From contig JAQGDQ010000357.1 of the NCBI GenBank assembly GCA_030141605.1, positions 1 to 64,000 on the forward strand: 64,000 bases of DNA, read 5' to 3'. The position numbers and the translations under genes are program-made. Under the pieces are notes generated by a model. That model made no database searches and was not told the origin of the DNA. It worked only from the letters and a program-made list of their open reading frames with translations. The stretch comes from Tubiluchus corallicola (taxonomy: Eukaryota > Animalia > Priapulida). Below are positions 1 to 13,238 of the stretch, piece after piece. How positions within the stretch are numbered: position 1 is the first letter of the stretch; every line of letters starts with the position of its first letter.

Positions 1-964
1 CAGGTACACAATAGAGACGACCGGTTTAAGCGGTTTATCGGCTTTACGTACTTATTTTAGCTATATAAGTAGTACCCAACTGGTAGGTAGTTATTATAAG
101 TAGATATTATAAGTGGATAGTTATTATACGCAATTAATCTAATATTCTCCTCTGGAGAAGTCTGCAGATCCCCAAAAATTTTCTGGGATAATTAAAAATA
201 TATAAATAAATATACAATAAATAAATAAACGAATAAATTATAGGCGTAAACAGCAAATTGTAGTGAACCTATATATATATATATATATATATTTAAATTT
301 TATTTCATATCATAAAAATGCCATATAAAAGTTGAAACTTTACAATAAAAACTACTACATCTCATGCACTATTAAAAGCTGCGAAAATTTACAAAAACAC
401 GTGATAAAAGTATATACAGAAATTAAAAATACAAACATCACTATTAATTTTGCTATATTATTAGTGTAAGAGGACAAACAGAATTTTAATAAGATGTCTG
501 TCACGATTTAAAAAAAGAAAAAGGTGTTTGTTGGAGACTTTGTACATCCATTCATGTATCAATCTTCATATTTATAATCGAATCAACAGGAGTTAAAGGG
601 GTGAAAAATTGGCTATTGGTATTTCTCCAGTATTGTGAAACTATAGCATATGTGTTAGGGTAATTTTGTACAACGAAATAACAAATCTGTGGGTTCTAGG
701 AAAGTCAGAAACAATGCAACTAGTTATTATTGGTACTTCAATGTATATTAAATATTAAATACCTTCGATTTTGGACGAATTTTTCTGTTTACTTATTTAT
801 TTCAGCTAGGCTATAACTCAGAAGCTATAGAGATTTGGAAAATGAAGCTGCGTCAACTTATAGGCAGGCCTGGGTGGGGAAACGACCGCAATAGCATCTT
901 ACGACTTTGCGACGGCATCCATTTCTTGGCCAGTTGACCGATTTAATTCGAAACTCTGCTACTT

Positions 965-1321
965 AACTGTGGTTTCTGTCAATTTAGTCGAGTACAGTTC
1001 TCTGTTAAACTTTGTCACTTTAGTATCTAGAACGGCCATTTTTTGTAATTTCCTGATATGATTGCACGGTCTCGCTATCAATGTTATTCAGTTTTTGTCA
1101 AAAGAAGCTAAACTAGAATCTGCATTACCTAGCTGAGAAGATTATACTGACTGGAGCCGCTATATTAGTATTATCTTCTAGTTTAGCTTCTTTAAAAAAG
1201 TGAAAAACATTGATATTTATTATTACACGAAATTACGAAAAAAATGGCCGCTCTAGACAATGAAGTGATCGAAATTTGGAAGAACTTGGAGTAGTAACGC
1301 CCACTGCAGAAGCTCACAGTT
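965..1321. mobile_element. Foldback/MITE-like element with long imperfect inverted repeats (may extend to ~820-1470)
   Basis: 1016-1052 (tcactttagtatctagaacggccattttttgtaatttc) is the near reverse complement of 1230-1268. 1079-1119 (...aagaagctaaactagaa) pairs with 1176-1212 (ttctagtttagcttctt...). 965-980 pairs with 1306-1321. No coding capacity. Confidence 0.65.
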
Positions 1322-1794
1322 GAACTCGTTAGATTTAGTCGACTTTGTACGGCTTTTATATTCGTTTCCACCAGGAGTCATAATATCAAAAATAATCGCC
1401 AGCTCGAAAACGTAATAATTCGAAATTCGGTGATTTTACAATTTTTATTAGAGCAAGCAATCTTCTACAGCCAAAGGTACATTGAACGCCAAAGTAGAAT
1501 TTAATGCTTATTTTTAACATTGGTAAATCATTTTTGAATATTAACAAATCAATTATGAATATTCATAAATCATTTATTAATTTTAATAAATGCCTTTAAT
1601 TTACTAACATTAAAAAATGTTTTATATATATATATATGTATCATTTTCTATTATTAGTTCATTATCATTTTGATAAAAATACGTTAAATATGTTTTTATC
1701 ATATGCTGAAAAAATGATAAAAAACGTAAAAATGACAAAAATATATCATTTTTTACTAACATTACAAAAATTATACATATATAATTATATATAT

Positions 1795-2198
1795 TGGACT
1801 GCTCTCCACTTTTAGTGGAGGCAGAACGGATGGCACCGCGGCCTACACTGTGCGGCATAACTCAAAGACAAAAACCAAAATGAATAAAATAAAAATGACG
1901 ATTTATTACCCAAACAAAATAAATGTTCCAGATAGCTTACCGAATGGAGCAACAGAAAGCCTGATGAAGTGCGAACAGAGCTGAGATGAGATGAGACGCC
2001 CACTGACCACTGACAAGGATCTACAGCAGACCTACCCTTTTTATAAGCTCAGGTGTGCACGTGACTAGTGGCTCCCACTAACACAAGGTCAGAATAAGCG
2101 TCTATGTGCTAGTTAAAGCCACGTTCACACGCACACCTGAGAAGTCTGCTGTATTCTCCTGCCAGTATTACAGTACCTCATCACAGCCCTGCAGTACA
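1795..2198 (-). mobile_element. Solo LTR (404 bp) of an LTR retrotransposon, inserted in a (TA)n tract
   Basis: On the minus strand it begins TGTACTGC and ends GCAGTCCA (TG...CA, 7/8 terminal inverted repeat). It contains a TATAAAAA box (2045-2038) followed by AATAAA (1907-1902). ATAT flanks both sides (1791-1794, 2199-2202), and it is more GC-rich than its flanks. Confidence 0.7.
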
Positions 2199-2229
2199 AT
2201 ATATATATATATAAACATTCCCAGATAAG

Positions 2230-2275
<46 letters not shown>

Positions 2276-5200
2276 TATTATTTTTATTTATCAGTATTCT
2301 TTACTGCTAAAATGTTACATACAATGTAAACATAAAATTAAACTCATATTTACATTAAACGTCCTATGTAACCAGTTTAGAAAAATTGCTAAAAAATTAG
2401 AAAGATAGAAAAATTTTAGAAAAAAAAGTATAGCGTCATACACTTAAAACGAAATGAAAACCACATACAAATGAACCGGAAAAATGCATACAACATAATT
2501 AAGAATTAAATTAAAATATACATAATTACAAATAGTAAGGAAATATACAAAATACACAATAGACGAACGCTGAGAAATTCATTTTATTAAGTAAAAACAT
2601 TTAATAGTTTCGTAAAAAAAGTATTTATGTATTTCAGTTACTTATGCAGAGTTCATTGCAGTTCGGCTTTGTACAAATGTGCTATGCGTGTTTCGTCAAA
2701 GAACCATATAAAAGACCACCAAGGAGCCCATTTTGCCCCCTCCCCCTCTGAATTTTACAACATTCCATTTTTTAACAGCACAAGTGTACGTCTACCCCAC
2801 AATAGCATAAAAAGCTCCAGGAGGAGTTGCATCATCACCAGAAGATAATAGCCTTATCTACTACGGTGCGTGGTTATACATGCACTGTGCTGCCATCTTT
2901 AAGTTTCAAGCTAAAACACTTCAACGTAGAAAAACAATTTACGATAGGCCTGTTTTGTAATACTGCTACCTGCTTCCCCAGTATCAATAGCATCTGCGCA
3001 GTCTATATAGTTAAATATAGAAATGAACGTAAGCTATGAAGATAGATCTACGTGGCTTTGATATTGTGTATATTGCTTGGACAATTTATAATTTACTTTG
3101 TTTTTTTCATTCATGCATGAAATGGTTGATATGTATTATAACTGTACCTTACTTACATTTTTTCAGATTCACTATAATGTAAAGGTAATATCATAACTCA
3201 GTTGCTAATCTAATAACTTCACCTAATAATATGAGTGGCTGATGTAATAACTGTTTAATTTTTCGCCACGCTTTCTTTGCGCTATCTTTTTTAATTTAGT
3301 AAAAATTATAAACGTAATATTTACAAAAGGGAAAATAAAATAAATCTGTATCTAAAATCTGAATCTGATTACATGTACTATTATCCACTAAATGCTTAAA
3401 CGAAGAACCTTCATTTTTAAATCAGTGGTATGAATGTGTAGTTCAACTGCTAATTTCTAATACATAAATTAATGCCAAATTATGTTTCATGCTACGTCTC
3501 ATACAAATAGATTTCGTAACAGTGGAGAAACCTCTTACATTATTGCTTAAAGCATGAGGAAACACTTTTCATAAATAAAACTTATTAAAAATTTGTCTTT
3601 AAGTGTTGTATCACTCACATGCTGTCTTGCTGCGCATACAGCTTGCATTAGCAGTATCGTTGTATAAAACTTGTAAATTTAAACACACGCTATGGCCACT
3701 AGGCGCAGGTATTTTGAGGATAAGTCATTTGGAACAAATTCAGTTAACATTGCGTAATTTTGAAAAAATAATCAGAGCCATTCGTGGCGCACACTTCACC
3801 AACGAAACAAAAGTTTAAATTACTTTATCTTGCAAATAACATCAATAATGTGTTTTTGATGGACCAGTGATGCAACTGGGATGGCGATGCAGTGCCATTG
3901 TGCCAGGTGCCGCCTACAAATATTTTAAATTGTTAAATATTTTTTCTAGTTACACAAGTGTTTCAAACGGGTAAGCCTAATGCAAAGTATTATAACTTTG
4001 TGGGGGAAGTTTTTTGGGACATACTTTAAAATAGCCTTTTCTTCCCCTTTAAGTTCTCGCTTAGTTGGCGAAGAATACACATTACTTCGACTGATAAGTG
4101 TCTCTTTTGTCGCTCCTTTGTCGCTACTTTTGTTGGCTTCTTTTATCGCTACCTTGAGAAAAAAAAATCACTGCAAGAACAATAGCGGCTTAAACACAGG
4201 CAAGGTAAGAACTGTTCACTTTGTCCACTAGCTGCCTGTATAGGGTTAGCTGATGCCAAACGTTTAATCTGGCGGGAAAATCAGCACTGGTTTAAATTAC
4301 TATACTGTAAATATATACTACAATAATTATAAGGCACGGTTCACACATGAAAATTTTTGTAGCACTAGCATGGCAAAATGAAACTAGTGAAGCAGTTCAT
4401 AACATTAGCAGTTTGGAATACAACTTTCAACACTTTTTATAAGCCTGCATAGGATATGCTTTATTAGATCGCTACCAGGAAGAGTTTTCATGAAAGTTTG
4501 GCAGAATAGAAAGTAAGACCAAAGGCCGTACTGAATTAAGTACTCCTTGCATTGTAATTATGAAAATCATGTTCCCTCGAAATGTTCATAAAAACGCTAA
4601 AAAGAGCATCCTTTGCCTTATTATATTTTCTTCATGGATATTATTTTTTATTATTATGTATCACAAATACTTTTCTTGTTCGAAATTTAAAATTGCTTGT
4701 TTATATAGAAGCACTTCCCAAATTGATATTTGACAATGTTTAGTATTTTGGTTAACTTTGTGCTTTAAATTTATTTTATATCTTTGTTTTGAAAGTCGAT
4801 ACAAATTGATCAATAAGAGTACTAAGATGCTTAATTTAAGATACTTACCTGTTTACCATGCTTATATAAAAATAATTTCAACGTGTCTCCATCTACAGGA
4901 TGATTTAACTATACTTACCTGTAACTTACCTGTCGAAAAGGTCCAGTGAATCCTGGCCTAGTTGCTTGGTTGGTCGATCTCAAAGCTGATCGACGTGTTT
5001 TTGTGCTTATGTGCTTACGTGAATTATGATTAATTTTAAGGTTGAAAGAGGCAAATATGTAAGTCAATTTTGTTTATTATATTACCAATATTATGTGAAC
5101 TTGATTTAAGAATTCAGAATCATAATTTGTTTATCAAAAAGCTAATCAATATGTTTATTCTAACGTGCAGAGGCAGTAAAAATGTCTATTCTATTTGCAG

Positions 5201-5441
5201 ATAAAACATTATCGGTTCATGGTTAAAGGTTATTGGTTAATAGTTAATGGCACATGGTTACTTGGGTAATTGGTTGGTCAGTCGGTTGATTTCTTGTTTG
5301 TGTGTGGATATTTAATAAAGCCGATTAAATCACATGACGTTTTGTGGACATTTTTTACAAAAATCCCAAACAGTATACAATTTTCGATTTTATAGTGATA
5401 AGCTTTGTCTTTTTTTTCATGGAGCAAATTCCAAAAAAGTA

Positions 5442-5640
5442 TCAAGTGAAATATGGAGGGTCGATTGGCGGTGAAATAAGGCAAGTGTCGTCCGCAAACA
5501 TAAGATGATTGACACTAAAATTATCTATTGCACAACCACTTTTTCCATTCTTGATAAAACCGACGCTAAACTGCTTAAAGTACTGATTAAAAAGCTTAGG
5601 GGGTGGACAACTTCCTTGTCCCATTCCATTTTTGCATTGA
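5442..5640 (-). mobile_element. Degenerate non-LTR retrotransposon reverse-transcriptase fragment
   Basis: Translation NGMGQGSCPPPKLFNQY...NHLMFADDTCL matches the LINE RT motifs GVRQGxxLSPxLFN and (Y/F)ADD. Confidence 0.75.
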
Positions 5641-6594
5641 ATGGCGTGGAAGAGCGAACATCACATCTTCACCACGTCTATGGTCGAGTGTAGTAATAAT
5701 ACGAGCAAAAACGAGTAATAATTTTGGGAATAACAGCATTCAGTAGTTTTATAAAAAGCTTATGGTAGCTAACCCAGCCTATTGCTATAACTACTGTTAG
5801 CAGACCTGGTTTTCTGTTTTTTCTCTACTGTTTTTGCTGCTTTTACTGTTACTGTGGTGTATACCTGTCTACATCTGCAGCATCTCTGTATATGTGCTGC
5901 TAGTAGTCTCACCGCACACAGAGTGGCTTACACATGAACTTGACCCATGCACTTTTAAGCACGAGTTCAGCTATAACTGAACTGCATAAGTGTAACCGAT
6001 CCTTAACAGATGGAAACAGTTGTACATTCTGTTATTACATAACACTGAGTGACACTGCATGCCAATCTACATGGGCATTTCCACTGCTGTCGAAAAACAG
6101 TGCATAATGACTATAGTTTCACAACACAGTGTTATGAAAGAAAATAAAAGGAGTCAAGCTTAATGTGGTGGATGGAGGTTTTTCATGGCGCAATAACTTA
6201 TGGACGAAATGAAAGCTGGGATAATCAAATCTTAAGTTGAGGCAAAAGATGAAATGGCGCAAATCGGGGATACTGCGAAGAAAGTAAGCCCTATGGCCGT
6301 GTGCAAAAGTTTGAGGAGAGCTGATGTTGGGTCAGTCAGCTGGCCACCCTCTTAAAAGGCCCATATTCTGGGACAGCCCGGCCGCCTGCAATAATAATCT
6401 GTCAGGACTAAATATATCGTTGACCAGATGTTGTGAAGAAGCTTGCTAGCGTAAGACTGCTCTTTCTCGAATTACTCAAGCTAATTCCAGCGTGGAGTAA
6501 CCCGCCAAAGTTGCAGGAATTTTCCCAGCACTTCTGTGGTGTCAACGGACATAGCGCGTCATTGTTAGTGTAGTCTAGTGCTGCAAAGACAGAC

Positions 6595-8911
<2,317 letters not shown>

Positions 8912-10713
8912 AATTCTTTCCTAAATTTTAATTTTGTAAAAATTGTATGAAATTGTATGAAGGTAGGCCTAAATCAACAGGCTTTGAACTTAATAATGAT
9001 GTACATGTACTGTAGTGTATTTTTAAGAACCGAAGCGTTGTGCGAAGTGCAAACTCAAAGTAATTTTACGAGATACATTAAAAGATTTCTTTATTAGTAT
9101 GAACAGCATTGCTGGATACATTAACGTAAATGCATTTAACTGAGTAAATGTACTTATTTTAGAAGAAAATATCACGAGAATTACATTTTTCTATGTAACT
9201 TAATGTGAACTTTATCTTAGTAGACACAGAGTTGCTCTAAGAAGTTCAAAAAGGTACACCTAAATTCAGTTTGAAATGGCCAATAATCACAATATTCAAG
9301 TCACCTGTCTAAAATTAAAATAATAGTAGGCTACGGGTTTACGTAACCCTCTGATAACTTATTTTTGAATAACTATTTCTTTTTCTTCTAACAGATGGCG
9401 CCACCATCATATACTGTAACACAAAAGAAAATTTACAATGCTAGAGTCTTATTCTTCAAAATATTTATCAACCTATCATATTCTGCCATCTCAATTTTAA
9501 AGACTATTCGTAACAATGAGTAAGATTCCGGTCTGGCCGCAAGAATTAAACATCTACAAGTCTGGTGACAATGATGTAAGTAGGCCTGTAACAATGATAG
9601 AACCGCATACATCGTAACAATCACAATAATTATATAATTCTGTGTGAGCATGAACTCCAGTATGTTAAAGCCAGTGTCAAAGTGAAGTCAGTAACAATAA
9701 TTTTTAAATATTTTATATTAATGATTTGTTTGATGCTGTAAAATTATTCCATCGCAAAATAATCAATAAAATATTAACATTAGACCTACTCAAAACAGGA
9801 CAATGTTGGCAACATCCTTGCAATGTATTATTGCGAATCGATTTTTGAATAGAAAAGTTTACAATCGACTTGAAATGAAAGAGAGAAACTAAATAATACC
9901 TATATGCAGTCTTACATACTCGTTGTCACAATGTACATCACCATCACGATAGTAAGGTACAGTTTTAATTGGGTTTGTTCTTTTTGCTGACAACAAGACT
10001 AGTTCTGTACCTAATAAAATTATTTACAATATTTAGGCATCTATATCGTTGTAATAATCACGTGGTTTTACTTCTGACAACAAAGTAACATAGTTTTATA
10101 CTATTTGGCACATCATAGACATTAGTTCACAAACTATGACGAACAATCGAAAGACTCACGGAGCCTACCTACACTTTCGTGATTATAAATAAAATAATAT
10201 AGCGAATATTTTGTGTACAAGGTAACATAATATTTGACAACCTCGATACCAAGAGCAGCATTAGGTCAATTTTTCACATAGGATTGCTTCCGATCCAGAA
10301 ATCTTAAAAATTAGTAACATTGCACTCCTGTGGTATAAATTTACGTTCCGTGAATTACGCCGCATCATCGCTGCAAAATTCACTCAGCTATTTACATTTA
10401 AAAAGCATTTAAGTCATTCTACGACAAACTTATCGAAGTTGCCAACAACGTGGTGCGTTTTTGTCACTTGAAATAAAATTCATACATTAAAGAAAATACT
10501 TATCTTGCCATTAGACTATAGTCCACCTATACGTTAGGGTACAACTCGTTTCCGAGTGAGTCGTTAGGTGATACATGTATTGTGTAGTTGCCAACCCATA
10601 ACCCTAACGTCATACGTTGGCTTTTGTAAAAAGTGGTTCTGTTAGCAAATTTTCAACAGAACAACCAATAGCATAGCTACACGCAGAAAATGTAAGTCCA
10701 ACCAGTTACCAAT

Positions 10714-11205
10714 TTACCAAAGAAACCCATACCCTGAATCTGGTTCCTCTTCTCGAATGACAGATATAGAGCCATCTAGTAAGCACCGGTCCACATGAGA
10801 AACCCACTCCTCAATAGCTTCCTGTTGATCTGGCTTGGTGCAGGCAGTCACGATGTCCAGATTTGTGAGAGCCAATGACAAGTCTGCGTCCCGCTTTTGT
10901 CTTCTTTTTAACTTTTTTGGGTTTCTGTACTTCATCTCATTCAGCGGATGCTCATGCATTTTGTGGTAGATGGAACGGGCCTTATTTTCCGCATTCGTTG
11001 CCGAAATGCCCGGAAGCGATGTAGCCGTATCGGACATTTTAATCTTTTTTGTACTCAGTATCTGGCTGGTTTTCCTGTTGAGGATCTTGGCGGTGCGGCA
11101 TGGTGTGGCCAATTCTTCAATACAGGTATACCGGTACATAGTTCTAGATGTCTGCGATACGTTCAAGTTTTCTCGATCCGCCTTTTCTGGGCCATTTTTT
11201 GCCAT
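10714..11205 (-). CDS. Uncharacterised 163-aa ORF (orphan gene or terminal exon of a larger gene)
   Basis: Long, comparatively GC-rich open frame in AT-rich DNA, with a basic patch (KKLKRRQKR) and acidic end (EEEPDSGYGFLW). Possible acceptor tttgcttattccaaaatcag just upstream of the ATG. No family recognised. Confidence 0.5.
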   Translation of the reverse strand: MAKNGPEKADRENLNVSQTSRTMYRYTCIEELATPCRTAKILNRKTSQILSTKKIKMSDTATSLPGISATNAENKARSIYHKMHEHPLNEMKYRNPKKLKRRQKRDADLSLALTNLDIVTACTKPDQQEAIEEWVSHVDRCLLDGSISVIREEEPDSGYGFLW

Positions 11206-12643
11206 GCCCCTTTGATCCTGATTTTGGAATAAGCAAATTTAATTCAAACGAACCTCGAAGTTTCTGGGTAACTAACGTCACATAGTTCCAGTTCTAGACG
11301 TCTGCTTACTGCTTAAGACAATGTGTTTCTGCACAGAGACAACCACACTTTCCGTTGCAAGATGTCCAAATATTGGTAAGTCATTGTTGTCTCTTGATAA
11401 ATAGCTGTATAATAATTCGTTAGCAATAATTTACTAATAGGCAAACGACTTTTTCTTTACATATCCCAGAGTATGAATGAAAAAAGAACAAAGCATTTCG
11501 TTACAAATCGCATGTCAAATGGCATTTGTCCCAGAAATATCTCACTGTCCCAGTAAGAAAATATTTCTCGCACTTTCTTGAATGTTTGTTCATTTTTGCA
11601 GATATTCATCCAGATGTTAGTAGTGTAGAAGTGTTCTGCTGTGTCATTAATAATCTAGTGCTTGTGATCACATCATCAAAACAAACTGCTTCTTAGCTTC
11701 ACCTTGCTGATTATTTAACAGGTAAATGTGATCGATGAGACCCTGAAGCTCTAATTAAAATCTCCCAACGCAAGGTTCTATTGACCAACTAGCTTTGGCA
11801 ATGAACCAATCGAACTTTGTTGATCGAATTTACCCGCCTAATGGCAAGCTGTCTTAATTAAAATCAAAGTGAAATCGAATTCCCGCCCAGGTGTGGTTTA
11901 GTAGCCAGTTTAGTGTTTGTACGAGAGCAGCAAAGCAGCAAGGAACAGCATAAACAATTTTCCCGACAGTCATTTATCCATTTAGTAAACAGGTTTGGCA
12001 TTGCTTAACTTGCAATGCGCGAACGACTTGGTACGTTTCTACAACAACTGTTTTATTCAGATTTCTGAAACAAACGATTTTTTCAGTTTTCAAGTTCTTT
12101 TGATATTTATCCTATGCTGAGGGGCATGTCTAAACCTGAGGCGCGTTTTGTAGCACAAAGCCTTAAATCCTCCTATGGTCGGCCCTCGCATATTTTGTCA
12201 GATTATCTTTACCTCGTGTGTTCATAATTATAATAAAATTTTGATTATATGATTATGTAAGAGGAAGGACCAAAACCTGGGTGTATTTATATTCTTAAAA
12301 TTTGACAAAGGCAATTATATTGCGCACAGGGCCATGCGGCTTCTCCTTTGTTCGGAACTTAACTCTAAAGGATACGTGAATCTCAAAGCTTAATTATTTT
12401 GTTGGAATACCTAACGTGTTAAAGACAGTTAACTCATTTAAATACAACAGAAATACACGGTAATTCATGTATGTTGTCAAAAATTGTACGATGTAATGGG
12501 CTGTGATTCATTTGTCCACATTACGTAATGCGTCTACATTGTTGTTAGTATAATGTGATACATAGCAACAACTCTTGCCATGCCTGTTACTTACCTATGC
12601 TTGTAAGTTTGTTACAGTTTCAATTATATTTCTGGACGGTGAC

Positions 12644-13238
12644 ATGATAGGCGTACAGAATAATTATCCTTTTACCAGATTTGTTTCGCAAGCGTTATAT
12701 TTCGTTATCATAGTCTTTTCAAGCAATTGTGGAGGCTGTAGATCGTTCTAAAAGATATATCAAGAGTAACAAAGTTGCTCCAATTGAAATGCAAGAAGAA
12801 GTTACAGTGCGGACAATCCGTTAACATTTCTGGCACTTTTTCAAAAGAGCAAGAGTCAGGATGATTGACATAATCACAGCAGGGTTTGGGCCAATTAAAG
12901 ACGTTAAAGACAACGAACTGCAGGCTATTGGAGCAAACTTCTTAAGGAGAGTAAAAGGCAGGGCAGGTGACTTGATCAAATCTGGGATCCGATCCTACAA
13001 CACGTCTAAATGGGAAGACGTTGACTGTTTACCCTGTGCTTGCAGCATTGATGTCGGAGGATATGGAGGAACCTGATGTAACTACTATAAAACAAGATGC
13101 TGATCTGGAGTATATCAATCATGTCATTCAAATGAATGTTCCATGGCATGAATCCATCAGAGGCAAAAGGAATTGATGTCTGCAAGCCCAGTGACGGTCA
13201 CCCATAGACCACTTACGCCCTTCAAATTTCGACATTAA
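12644..13238 (+). pseudogene. Disrupted reading frame resembling a secreted Cys-rich peptide precursor
   Basis: ATG at 12644 leads into a hydrophobic stretch (FVSQALYFVIIVFS), then a frameshift near 12720 into AIVEAVDRSKRYIKSNK..., TAA at 12822, the 71-aa ORF 12861-13076, and in-frame TGAs at 13074, 13101 and 13149 within DCLPCACS...CNYYKTRC...SCHSNEC. Confidence 0.4.

Noticed and set aside
10948-11232. Plus-strand hydrophobic ORFs (94 and 81 aa)
   Set aside because: Antisense shadows of the 163-aa minus-strand ORF.
13074-13238. Bona fide selenoprotein call
   Set aside because: The ATGA...AAA stem at 13148-13185 lacks the 3' GA of the SECIS quartet, and upstream TAA and frameshift lesions point to decay; kept only as an alternative in findings.
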